DNA of 64,000 bases from Yuukianura sp. NJ FZ-2021 (lineage: Eukaryota), in contig CM102286.1 of assembly GCA_046563655.1 (NCBI GenBank), forward strand, positions 12,586,001 to 12,650,000. The letters are read 5' to 3'. The notes under the pieces were generated by a model, which saw nothing but the letters and a program-made list of their open reading frames with translations, did not search any database and was not told the DNA's origin. The first letter of the stretch is position 1. Each line of letters begins with the position of its first letter. Of this stretch, positions 28,264 through 41,500 are shown one piece after another. The position numbers were made by a program, and so were the translations under genes.

Positions 28264-31200
28264 GAACGTTATGTATGCTAACAACACGCACGCGCGTCTG
28301 CCTTAATAACTTTTCTCTCCACTACTTTTGAATTTCATGCTTTCTCTTTCTTGCATCAAAAACTATCCTATTCCTTATGCAAAACAGATAGTATAAAAGT
28401 AAATTCAGTTGTTATTTTCTTTTGGGTAGAAAAATACACTAAAATTGTATAGAAAATCAAAAGTTTAAGATTAAATTGGACGCAGCGGAGGAAAGAAAAA
28501 GAAAGTAAAACGGGAGAGAAGAGAGAAAGTTTATAATTTTAAAAGGAACTTGAAAAGGGCTTTGAACTTGGCAACAGGAAGGAAACGGAAAAGGATAAAA
28601 AATATCCAATCGTTCTCTTCTCCTCCAAATTTCTTACTTTTTGTGATACTTTGAAATGAGATTTCTTTTTTCAGACTTTCGAGAAAAAGAGATAGTATAT
28701 TTTTTCTTCTTCTTTTTCACTATGTTAACAATTGCTTTTTCTTCCTTTCCCTCCGGCGGGCTTTGCAAAAAAAAAACTTAAATGTGGCAACTGGATGAGT
28801 ACCGTGGAGCCTCCTACGCTCTAGCATCTCCTACGCTTCTGAAAGTTCCAAATGGCTTTCAGAGTATAAAGTCCAGAATGGGAAATTGCATGGTAATCAC
28901 GTTAGAAGACTATTTTCACTCTCGTATCTTTAATTCAATCATCCCTTGGTGAAATTACAAACTTTCTCCCGTGGCGACGCCTCCCAGAGAGAACTCAGAG
29001 ACTATACTGCCAAAGCACATCGGAATCCAACCACTGGAAAGTGCCGAGTCCTGACTCCTAATCCACTAAAATTACCTTAAATCTCCACTAAATGAAATGT
29101 GGCCATGAGGATTTGGGATTTGAGGCCATAGACTCCCAAACAGTGCGCGGGAAAGATTCAAATCCAAATTGTTTTTCCCAAGGTCTTAGTCATTTTAAAA
29201 TGCAATTGTCGTTCAGTAGACCAGCAGAGCCAGAAAACCTAGAATTAATTTCACTAACCTAACTTAACCTATGCTTTCACTTTATGTTAACGTAAATTTA
29301 CATTAGGTTATGTTCCGTTAGGCTAGGCTGCTTTCCTTCCTACAATTAAGATAAGGGTCTGAATAAATCATTGGCTCCGGGAAGAGTTAAACGAACCACG
29401 GAGAGAAAGTCTTCATATTTTGATGACTTTTGAAAATTCCGACTTTCTCCTACGAAAATAACTTTTTATCAGAAACCCTGGTGGTTAAATTGAGCTTGCC
29501 AAGAAACGTAACTTCCTCCCATGAAAAATTCCTTGGCAGCCCAGTATGTTAGTTCTTCTCGCCTTTCATTTTACATCCATTTTAAGTAAAATAAATTTTA
29601 TATGAGTCTATGAGCAAAAGAAAAGAAAATGAAAGAAGGGGAAGAAGATTGAGTTGATAAAGTTTGCATGAACGAGGGGTGAAAAATAGAGATCAAGTCA
29701 AAGTCAACTAACTTTTCATTCAGTTTCTGGCTTCTGCTTTTGGCTCTAGAGAATTCTGGATCCCAGCAGATTGACTACCGAATTTCCAGGAAAAGCCACA
29801 CAAGAGCAGATGAGTCTTTAGAAATTACTGTCATAAGAACCACCACCTAGTCGAACATCTCTCTAGCTTAGTGCATTCCTGAGGGGAAATGAAACCGCGT
29901 TTCCATAAAATATAAAGCCCAGAGAAAGCAAACCGAGTGACATCAGGACATTCCCTTTCTGGTCCAACAATTTAGTCAATATTTGGACAGTGTCTCTTGT
30001 CTCCTACCTTCCAGCCATGAATGCCTCTCACAATCAACTTCCCTTGTCTAGTGATTCAGAACACCTCACAATTGCAAATACGAAAACACAAAGACACTAT
30101 CCGTATCTTTCAATATTCAACAGAATGTAAAGCTGGTGGGAAAGATTTCCGTGACCTCCAAACTTTAAAATTTCAAGCACAGGAAACTTAACAAAAACCA
30201 CGAAAACCAAAAAGCCTTTATCCTTTAGATTTAAAAACTTTCTCTTCTAAAACCTAAAAACTTTTAGAGGGGAACATTGTGGTGAAAACTTAGGCCCCGA
30301 ACATTCAGATTCAGACTCTTTAAGAAACTGAAAAGTACGTGAAAAATTGAACACTCCCGCTCAAACTGGCCCTCCAGAAAAACCGAAAACTTCACTTCCT
30401 GTGTTCCCTTAGGCTTCTTCCTTCGACCAGGGAGCAATAAGAATGTAATTGAGACTTTCAGTGTGCCCCGCAAACAGAAAGAAAAAGACCAAAGCGGAAG
30501 GGAGAAAGAAGAAATTGGAGGCTTTTTCTCAATGAAAAAATAATGAGAATTCTCCCTTCTTTTTAGGTTCGTAACTAGCAGTAGCACCAAGGTTTCTCTT
30601 GGCTTCTAGTCAATGTGTTGTGGGGTGTGCTAAGAAATTAAGACCCGTAAAATCTCATCATAAGATGGATCAATGCTTTTCAACCAAGAACGTTTCAAAG
30701 GCAAAGGCTCCGCTCCAAACCCGGGGAGGACGCACGAGCGTGTTGTTGGGGCGGCATGTTGGTTTTGCAGCTCTGGCGCAACTGTTTACTTTTTGACGAC
30801 ACCTAAATTTACTACCTCCCGCCAAAAAGTGAGAGAAAGTCCAAAGTCTTGGAAAATAATAATAAAAAGTAAAGGGGCTCCTCCGCAGAACTTTCAAAAG
30901 GCAAAACCTTGCAAAAGGGCTACACTTTTCCAGGGACTCGGCGGAAATGATGGCCCAGTGAAAGTGAAGTGAAAGTAACTATCAAGGTAATATCTGCCAC
31001 TTTATAAAATTGTATAACTGAAATACAACTTTAGTTATTACACCCACTTTTACTGCTTAGCTAAAAACAACGCAATTTCAACAGAAGCTTACTTGCACAA
31101 GAAGTCCAAAAGCAAAACCTAAAACACTGTGTCTGTTTCTGTACCCCAAAAAGCCTTACAAAAGGAATAAAAGTTCCAAAATCCATGGAAATCCGTCTTT

Positions 31201-34200
31201 ACGTTCGTATTTTTTGAATCCAGAAAAAGCGCGGGAGAACCATTAATGGATCGAGTCCTGCCATTAAAAGTTTCTTTTTCCTTGCTGATCTTGCTCGTTC
31301 GGAATGAGATTTTTTTGGGGGAGTGGAAAAGATTGAAAGTCGAGCGAATTAATTTTTCAGTTTCAAGGTTTCTTTTCTCTTTTGATTGAAAAAGTAAAGG
31401 AAAAAGGACTTTCTCTAATTTGTAGTACTTTCTCCCCTCCATTCCCTCAGACTTCGAAGCTAACAGTTCTAAAAATGAAGAATCATAAAGTACATCCCCT
31501 TCCCCTTCTGTCAGAAATTATTTCTTTTGAGAATCATTATTATTGAATTGAGGCAGTCTCTAAGTCATAACTCTCGCTCCAGTTTGAAGATTCCCGCTAA
31601 AAACTAAAAATACGTTCCTCCTTCTTACAGCCTACCAAGAAGCTACAAACACAAGTTTATGTGAAAAGCAGTTAAAGTGAAATTCCTTTTTACTTTGAAC
31701 TAAACCCACCTGCTCTTCCTTTACTTTTTGAAGTTCAAGAAGACTTCTGAAGAAGCTTAAAATTTCCCGCGTTTAATTTACGAACAAGACTAAAATTCCT
31801 TCTTTCCCGCCAACTTTTAAAAGTAACTTTGAACTAATTTTACGCTCTTCGTACACAATTCCCTTCCATCTTCATCCTCAAACTTTTCTTCGATAAGTCA
31901 TATATCTGCTTATGAGAAAAGTCTAAGCATAGGGTTACAGTGCTACTGGGGAGTAGTAAAGTCAAGGATTAGGCGGGAATTATTAATTTCTCTTAGAATT
32001 CATATTTTTAGTGTCAAAAGAGAAAGTTTTTAGACAAAAGTGACAAGAAAATGCCCTCCAAAATTAGTAATGCACATAGTAACTAACAACTTTTAATCTG
32101 ATTTAATTCCACTCTTCCTAAACTTTAAATTTTAAAAGTTCTTCAAAAACTCGTGCCATTTTTATACTTCCCTCATTTTCCGGAAATGTGAGAAAAACTA
32201 ATAAAAACTCTGCTCCGAATTGAGCTTCAGCGTGCATATTTAAGCCATTTGCCTCATAGTCGTAAATTTTTGCGAATCCGCCCACTACGTTATATGGGGT
32301 TTACTCTAAGAAGATTTTTGCGCGCAAATTCTACCAAAACAAGAACAAAAGCCATAAAGAAGCCTTACAAGGGAAATCCCAAGAGCGCAAAAATTCTATT
32401 ACCAAAACTATAAGTTCGCAAGAAAGCAGCTCAAAGTTTCCCCGAACGCAGAAGAAGGAAAAAAGTGCGGGAGTTTTAAGTCCTTCCTAATACAATGGAC
32501 GTGTATCCAACATCTTCCGCCTCCCTTTTTCCTTCCGTTATGAGCTTCCAGACGACACTTTTGTTGGAAAAGACAAAAGAAACAATAGGACGTTGCCGGC
32601 GGGAAAGTTCAAATGTCTTTCCATTCTCCCGTTCAATTCCATTTCAATTCTCAATTCATGAGAGAATTCAATGACACGTAGGGAGAAGAAAGAAGAAAAC
32701 CTACTTTCTCCTTCCGAAATAACCTTACTTGTCTCCGTCTCCGTTTCCCAAATCACAGAACAGAGGCAAGTTGTAACACTTCTTAAACAGATCTTACTTC
32801 CTTTGAACTCGTATCTTAGAATTCTAGAGATCTAGTGCTCCAATGGCCAACTCTTCTTGGATTCCTATTTTATTAGTTCAACCCACCTACGCTTTAACTT
32901 CAATCTCATTTTTCAAGGATTCAATCTCAAATTCAATTCAGAGAAAAATTTAATATTTGAATACCCAACGAAACGCGCTCATTCTCAATTTTTTCAAAAA
33001 CGAATGACGTTCACACTCTCTTATTTTTTCCAAGTCGAACGAAGCTCGTACTCTTTTTCTCTTCAAAAATGGAGCGAAACTCGCGAGCTCTAAGATTTTT
33101 TTTTTAAATTTCGATTCATCTATCTCCAATAAACGCTGCGCCCCGGAAAATGATTCTGAAATAAGGAAATTTTTACTTCCTCTAATCTCGGTTGTCGCTT
33201 CACGGGTAAATTGAGCCGGTAAATTCAAAATTGGATTTCAAATTTAAATAGTTTTTTAAATACATTTTGAAAAAAGCTATATTAAAATCTGTACAAATTT
33301 CCTTTTAAGAAGCATCTTTTCTTCCATAAAGTTTACTCTGCATCCCACCGGAGTCAGAAATCCGCCTGAATTTTATTTTATTAGACGCGCCAGGAAGAGA
33401 AGAAAAGGAAATTCAGACATTTCATAGTTTTTACTTTGGTTTATGGAATGGCTTAAACATTTGTAAAAAGAGCGCAGCTTATAAGATGAAAGAAAGAGTA
33501 AATTTATGAGTATGGCCCAATAATTCAGAGTGTCATTTAGTGCCAAGGTTGGGCCCGTTAGCAGAACAGAGGAAGACATTGGAGGAACAGATTGCATTTT
33601 ACTTTTCCCTTTGTTGTTTTTCTATCGTTCTGCCCTGCTTAACTTTCTCACAACTCTTTCTTATGCTCTGGCACAAAGGAGTTCTTGTGTTCCCTAAATG
33701 GCCAACAAACCCAACACCAACACGTATTTATGAATTTTGCAAAAATAGAAAGTATACGTAAGGCGCGTGAATTCAAACTGAACGGTTAGGTTAAAAGCCT
33801 TTTCCCAACAAACTGTTTCGAACATTTCTTTATCCTTGCAGCCTAGGAAAAGAGGCTTCCAATTTTATTTTTTGTACAAAAGAACACACATGGGTGTTGT
33901 ATCATTTTTAATGGCTCGCCCAGCCTTGCCCTTTCTTTCTTCAGTTTATTCCAAAACACGGAGAAAGTTTGCTTTCCCAGGCCTCTTAAGGCTTCAAAAT
34001 TATTAGTAGCGGGAGACCTCCAGCAGCCTCTCTGGTAATTACTCTCTCCTGAGCCCGGGAACTTTCAAATTATGCCTCTTACAACCTTTACAAGTTTCCT
34101 TAACACAACTAAAGTCTACGCATAGGTAAAGTGCACCACTATTTTCAAATGGCCAAAGTAAAGCATCGCTCCCTCCTAAATATTGTACAAAGTCACTCAA

Positions 34201-35557
34201 ATTTTCTACGGCTTAGCTTTCCCGCCTTTTCAAAAAACTCCAAAAATAGTTTTTCCACCCCTAAAAATTTCTCTTGTAATACAAAAAAGTGAAAGTTATG
34301 CTCCAAAAACGTTATCTTCCATTGTACAAAGTGTCACAGGAGGAAGTTAAGTGAATGAGGGCAGGTTTGGGTCGGATCCATTTTATGAAGACGAAGTGTC
34401 CCATCCCCTTCCGCTCTCTCTCCTTGTAATCTGTACATAAAACTTTACCGATATAATTTTAAATTACGGAAACAAGGAAAAGTGTTCGATGCGGTTGAGT
34501 TAAGTCTCGTACGTCCTTAATAACGGTCCTTCCCCTCCAAAATGAACCAAAAGAGCAGTCTTAAATTTTGTTCCCATAAGGATGAGGTGATCTCTCAGGA
34601 AACGAGACAAAAGCTACACCATTTTAAGAATTACTTTTGAAATATTTTGGATATTTTATGAGATCCACGTTCTCCCCCTTTCCTCCTCTTAACTTTATTT
34701 GGTGCAGAAGCGTAGTAATAGGGAACTAGCAGAAACAAATGGAATGGTTCTCCATACTTCCTAATGGGTCTCAAAGACAATTAAATGGAGGTCTTACGCA
34801 TCGTCCCCAGGGGGAAAGCGAATTACCGTAACAATAACAATGGGCCTTCCGTCTAAGGCCTTAAGGCTCGCTCCAAGAAAGTTCTTAGAAAATGGTCTGT
34901 GTGCTGCTCGGCTGCATTATAATAAATATTCAGATGGCAATGGCACCAGGTTAAGCCTTAGAAAAAGACTTCGGTCGTTGGCATATCTCCTTTGGAATTT
35001 CAAACTCACCCTCTCTCAAAATGTCCCCGCATTTCGCGATCTTTGAAAATCATTAACTTCCAGAAACTTTCCCTCTTTCGAAATTCCCGCTTTTTGGGAG
35101 AAAAGTCAAGTTCCCCCGCCGAATTCTCATTTCCATCACGACTTTCTCCCTTTTGTTCCCCATCAAGGAGGGATTCTGGGTTCCACTGACTTTTGACAGG
35201 GCAGAAAGTAAGTTCCAAAGCCAAAGGGAAATTAGGGTTCCTGCACCTACCTCAAGCCCATTTCCGAGCTTCGAGCCACAATTCCTTCTCCATTATCCTC
35301 CATCAACCTTCCCTAACCTAAACCATCCTATTATCAGCCACACATTTTCAAAATAGGTAGACCCGAAATGGGGGTGGAAGAGGAGCTTTTCCGTAATACG
35401 AATTTCCAAAAACCTTAAGCTTTCTCCGTCTGCTTCGTTTCGACAGACAAAAGACAAATGTTTCCTTCAATTGAAAAGGACTCCCTACGCACACACTGAA
35501 ACCGGAGATGAGATGCGGTGACTTAGGGAGAGGGTGGATTTTACAAACGAGCCTAAC

Positions 35558-35578
35558 TTAGCCTAACAGTTAGGCTAA
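35558..35578. repeat. TTAGG/CCTAA-based palindrome
   Basis: TTAGCCTAAC A GTTAGGCTAA, 10-bp arms, within a cluster of (A)ACCTAAC units at 35551-35600. Confidence 0.8.
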
Positions 35579-38466
35579 CCTAACGTGCAATAACCTAACT
35601 GCACCCCGCACGCTGCAAGCTTTCTCTTTCCAACCCAATGCTTTCTCCGCCACACTAATAAGAAAGGGGGGTCCAATGAACTTGACTTGAAAAAATTGGA
35701 TACTTAAAGGTTGTGACATTTTGAAAACTAGCGCTTTCACCCCCACACGCAAACCACTAAAATTTAAGCCAATACCAACAGCTCTTCTTCGCCTTGACTG
35801 ATCGAAGTTGCAACGTTCAAATTAGTCTCTAAATAATTCAAATCCAGCAATTCAAGAGGATTTTCCCGCCTTTTCAAGAAACGACGCCTTAAGCTTGCGC
35901 AGTACATAAAAAAAAACCGAAACGAATTTAGTCTCAAAAAGAAAGCCTCATTAAAACCACGCCAAATTATTTACTCCGCCTGACAAATGCCCTTTGCCCT
36001 ACTTTCTTCCCAACGTCCTAATGCGGTTTTGTGCCGTCTTTCTTTATTGCCCCTGTTCTGCTCCTTGAACTGAGAAATGGTTTACTCCAGCAGGAGTTGA
36101 TTCCCGCCAAGGAATAATTAATCGTGTTGCTCCAGTTTTTAGGTTAACTCTGTAACATCAGAGTTGGACCCTAAAGTAAGGTTAAGGTAAGTAGAAGTTG
36201 GTGTAAGTATGAAACTAACGGATATACACTAACATCTCACCATTAATTGCCCTTTGGAGTCTAATAAACAGACAGAAAAACAATGAACATTTGTTTTGGC
36301 CTTCCCATTTTCATCTGAAACTGGATTTCCATAAGGCTTTCTCCTAATACGCCCCGTCTTCCTGATGACACTGAGAAAGATTCATGTGCTCAGGATCCAA
36401 GAAAAGCCATTTCCTTTTTTCAAATCCCTCCCGCCGTAACAGTTAGGTCTTTATACATACAAAAATGAAGTCTCCAGATAGGAGACAATGGAAGAAGAGA
36501 GAAAGTGAATAAAGTCAAAAGTAACTGGAGAATGAATCAGTGGAGATTCATCCCCAACTTTCTCTGCCTTTTCTATTATGTCATCCATCCGTCCCCCATC
36601 AGTTCATATTTCAGCCTTTATCCCTCTAGAAAACTCCGAAAAACGAACTCTCATGCTTTCTAGCTCTCGCTTGTACTATTTTTCCCATTCCTTTGACAAA
36701 TGAGACCAACAGACGACAAAATCAAAGGCACAGAGACCAATTGGATAACTTTTCAGAAATCGGGAATTGAAGAGAGAAACGTCGAGTACAAAAAAACTCA
36801 GATTCACCCGCTTTTTCCCCCACTCATCTTCCCATTTCCATCCACTTCTTCACTCTTCCATTCCACCCTACGCCCAATATTGCACTTTGGAAAGCAAATA
36901 TTAACTTTTAAGAACCGCCTTTGCCAAGCAAAGTTCTTTCTCTTTCCTAAACCATAATTTCATCTTCCATCAGCGAAAACAAATAAAATTGAAGTAAAAA
37001 GTGTAATCTCTTTTTTGGAAGATAGCTTTTTCAAAAAATAAAATCCATAGTTTCAAGAAAATTTTAACCCATGTAATTTTCAATTTTAGAAAAAGAAAAG
37101 AGAAAGTACAGTTTAGCGTCGAGTCCAGCAAAATTCAATCTAGTTCTTGCTCTAGCCCTGTGCAACTTCCTTCCTTTGTACCTTGAGGGGTGTGGCTCCT
37201 CCGTTCCTTCATTCCAACCGATTTTCATTTCGTTTTTGTACAAATATCATTTAAAGATTGGATGGGCAGGGGAAAAGCAATCTTCCAGGAAATAGAAAAC
37301 AGGGAAACTAAAAAAAACCTAAACTCTCCCCCACATTTTCCTGTTATTATCGTCCAAACGGTGGGGCAGTAGCTGGTGGCTCGCTTTACCTTCTCACTGC
37401 GCCAATCAGAAGCGGACTGAAGGCACCAAGAAATACACCGACGGCCAAACATACCGTACTTTCGCAGGTTCCAAAGCAAGACTATCTAGGAGATTAGAAA
37501 GCCGCGGAATGCAACTTTGTTTCTAGAAAAGTTTCATTTCCCGTCCAAATTCCTTTGGTCAAATTTTGAGTTTTTCTTTCCCCTAGTATTTTACCTCCAA
37601 AGAGTAAAAACTAAAAAGCTAAAAAGTAGGCAATACGGAAAACCAGAACAAAGTGAGTAAAGTGCGTACCGCAAAGAATGAATAAAAACCCGAAATGCGT
37701 TCGAAGCACGTCATGCATACAGAGGAGCTTCAATTTCCTTTCTTTTGTCTTTAACTTTCTTCGTAAGGATTGGGATGAGATTTAACCTAAGTTTTTTGAG
37801 GTTTTTACTTTGTGGGGTGAGAGCAGCATAAAATAATCGCCAAGTAACGACTTTGTAAGACGATTGCCCCTGCCTCTAATAAATGCTCTCTTGCTCCCAC
37901 TTTCTCCGTGCCAAGAAGACAATGAATGCCCATAGAAAAAAAAAGCGTTTTAGCTCAGAAATTCTTACAGACAAGGGGCATACGCCGGGACTGCTTCTTT
38001 CCAGCACATCCCGCTTTCCCCTCGACAGAATTAGAAGAAAGAAAAAGTCTGACTTTCACCTTCGCTCGCCCCGAATTTCCTTCACTTAACTACTTTTCTC
38101 CCCAAAAGATCGTAAATTAACTTTCCCTCCACCGGGGTCATGGCGGGGCCTTTTGAATTGAGAACAGAAAAGAATCGTTGGTATGCATCAGACTACCTTC
38201 GCCTTTTCTTACCCAATAATCCAATAAATTCTGTCTTTTCAAATAACTAAATCTCTACAGGGATTTGAGGAAGAAAAAAAGCACTAAAATTATTAGTTTC
38301 AAGGGAGCTTGTAGCGCCGCAAGTAGAAAACTTTGGTTAACCTAACCACCGCTCACTTTCAGTAAAAGCTTGAAAATGAGCTGCTGCTTTGCTTAGGTTA
38401 GTTTTTGAGTTTTGAAAAAAGCAAAAGCAAAATATTTAATGAACCGAGAAGGCTCCAATTGCTTAC

Positions 38467-38557
38467 CGTCTGTGTTGAGGAGGGCATCTGAAGAGGAGAT
38501 GATCCAGGAAGTGATGAGAGCCAAAAGGAGGCTGGTGACAGGCATGGACATTTTCAT
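38467..38557 (-). CDS. Sema2a: Class-2 semaphorin, first coding exon (signal peptide)
   Basis: MKMSMPVTSLLLALITSWIISSSDA-LLNTD has a hydrophobic core and a plausible S-D-A cleavage site. It ends GAC G|GTAAGC (phase-1 donor), which joins in frame to the 2079-2166 exon giving ...SSDALLNTDDHIREFSCGK. In-frame upstream ATGs at 38614 and 38647 are also possible starts. A likely acceptor TTTCTCTCCATTAG|G puts the exon's 5' boundary at 38923. Confidence 0.75.
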
Positions 38558-41500
38558 CTTACGGGAACAAGGTTGTCTCCTGCTTCCTCCAGCGTTTGAA
38601 CATGAATCTTCCATCAGCTCTGCCTTCTTCTCCACCACCACCCTCATCTGGTTTCAATGACTATTTGATTGGGTTTTGGTTTTTGGTAAGAGATTTACTG
38701 GGACCAGATGTTGACAGAAGTGGAAGCTAGTGACTGGTGACAAGGGCGTCTCTACCAGTTTCGGCTTCCTTCTCCAAAGCTTTGGTTTCTCCTTGTATAC
38801 TTTAGCGTTTCCCGCTTTTACCACGAAATTCCTGATCCAATTGACGGCTCTTCCGTGACTTCACTTCCTACTCCCGTCAACTTCCAGAAGTGGTCCAGAC
38901 TCCTTTCAGGCTCTCTTGCCCACCTAATGGAGAGAAATACCAACACTGTCATCACATGGACCTTTTTCGCCTAAATGACATTGAAATATTGAGTGTCTTG
39001 GAGGAAAAGGGCGACTCAGATTTCCAAAGCTTTTAAGAACTCCAGAAATCCTGCTTCTCGGAGCAATTTGAGAGTCCACAGGACATTGTTCCCAATTGGA
39101 CCATAGCAAAAACTCTGAGCCTTCTTTCCAAAATATGCTTTTTCCTTCCGTTTCACACCATTAAGATTTGTTACCTCCGCCCCCTTCCTGGGCTCCTCTG
39201 GACTACATTCCTAGACACTTCCCAGCAGCATGCTTTCTCAAAATCAAAGAGCATATTAAGCTGCCATCCAATTTTGCACCCTTTTATATTTTACTATCCA
39301 ATTTGGAGTCGTAAAATATGAGTAATAGGCGCTTAGGAAGATGAAAAAGAGAGAAACAAATGTTAGACTAGTGTGGAGGGATGGTAGTGTTGTGTTAGCA
39401 TGGGGTTTAAGATGACTAGGGATAATCCACTAGGAATTCATATTCAAAGGAGTCACAAACTCCCCAGCAGTTCTCTTCCGGAGAAAGTGAAATAAATGCA
39501 CCCCACAAAGAAATAATCTTCAATCTCCTATTGTTTCCTGCCCTTTGGACCGTTCCGCCTCCGCCTCTACGTTCATTAAATTCCACCCTCTGCAACGTTC
39601 AGACTTTCTCACAAAATCATCCCCCTTGTGTGTTTCTTTCTCTCCAGCTTCTGCTAACGACTTCAAAGAAAAGAACATGAGCAGGGAAAGAGAGAAAAAC
39701 GGAGGGAAGTTTTGAAAAAGAAATTACTTTCGAAAAGAAGTTACGAAAATTCTTTGTTTTTCAGTTCAGTGACTGAAGCAATCAACCGTCAAAAACTTGT
39801 ATATGAAAAACCTACCACCCTCTAACTTTTAAAACTAACTTCTTTTTTTCAAACCCATGCAAAATGTTACTAGAGACTTTAAGAAAAATCTGACCACCAT
39901 TTGTATCGTTTGAAGACGTCTGATACGAAAAACCGAAAATCGGTCTCTGCTTCACCGGAAAATCAAAACTGACTTTTCACTTTATGCAAAACCAAAGTGG
40001 TTATGAATTGAAGTGTCACTTTTAGCAACTCTAACGCACTTCACGTAATAAATCAATGGAGGAATTGATTTTGGTTGACCTAATTGTGTCATGTTGAAGG
40101 AAAACGGATGACAAGTTGTTAGCTGCACTAAATAGATTTGAGCGCGGGAAATGTCGACATTTGTAAATCCGTCTTTCACAAGTCAAACAAACAGGGCTTG
40201 GCTGTTCAAGATTCGACATGAGCAAGAAGTCAACATTAGTGTTGGGAAGGGGAGTTAACCTAGTGGTTGACATTTGTGAGGACTTGGCATGCCAACGGCC
40301 ATTCATCACCAACTCCATTCCAAGTCATTAATCCAAAGCTAAACTTGATCGTTTTTAGTTCCTGTTTTCCAACCAACTTATCCCATACGCTAACACACGC
40401 AATTTTCTATGGGTTTGCATAAGCTTTCCCTTCCAGTCCAGCGCCGCTGGAAGAGCTTTTGGAAACAACGGGCGGGAAAAAGTTACAATTCAAAATGCCG
40501 GAAAAGAGCGGCTTCGCATAACGACTTTTTGGCTTACCTCAAATTCCGGCCTGGAGGCTTCTTTTCTGCACTGGAATTCCCGCAATGCTTCTCAGCCGGT
40601 TGAATTTTTGTTTGCTTCTTACGATTAGAGCAGCAGCGTAAACTTTGTTTCAGATTATGGGATTTGTTCAAACAGAAATTTGCTCAAAATCAAAGATTTC
40701 TCCTTTTCTCTTCCGCTTAATGATCCGCCTTCAGACGAGATTTTTTTTTGTTCCAGGATTCAGAGAATAATGATTCTTGATCTTCGAGGCAGGCAGCAGA
40801 CGGTTGCTGTTTTTTTCTATTCCACCAAACGTCCAAACCGAATTTCGGAGCAATTGATCACGTTATTCCAACCCAAAAAGTATATCCATTAAGCGAGGGG
40901 AAATGCTTCTTTTCCGATTTCCAAAACTTTTTTTTTACCTCCAATTCCGTCCAAAACTTTTCCTCTAACCCAGAAAGTTCTGCAAACAAAAGAGAAAGAC
41001 AAAACCATCAATTAAATTTTTGGCAAATATTGGCTCTGCTTTTGTTTTCGTTCTCAGCGTCTGCATGCAATTTACAAGACTGTTTTACATTAAAAGGCCA
41101 TTAAGAGAATTCATATTCAAACAGGGAGTTCTCCCTCATTTTTCACAAAATTAACCCGCTGTTTGTTCCGTAGATCAAGAATGTTGTCTGAAAAACATGA
41201 AGCAGAGCCCAACAAAAAACACTTTGCAAAAATTCTGTTAACAAAATTAAAAAATTCATCAACTAATTTGGCAAGAAGACAAGAGTTCTTTGATGAACTG
41301 AATATTAAATTTCTTACTAAAAAGTAAAGGAAAGTTGTCTGACAAAGAAACCCCAGTCAAACAAAATTAAAAAATCCTTCAGCAGCCATCCAAATAAAAA
41401 GAATGAGACGCCACATAGCCCACACACTTTCGGCAAATTTGCGCCCAAAACTACTTTCTGCTTTCCATTTCAAAAACTACAAAACCTGAAAGCTCAAATT

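Larger units (their letters stand above)
2167..38466 (-). other. Putative 36,300-nt GT-AG intron of the semaphorin-2 gene
   Basis: Bounded by GTAAGC (38466) and polypyrimidine-GCAG (2167). Phases are compatible, and I found no other convincing semaphorin exon between them. Confidence 0.65.

Noticed and set aside
40151..40256. VNPSFTSQT resembles the TnpB/Fanzor VNPxYTSQxC motif
   Set aside because: No following CxxC zinc finger, stops immediately upstream, and no RuvC motifs at the proper spacing.
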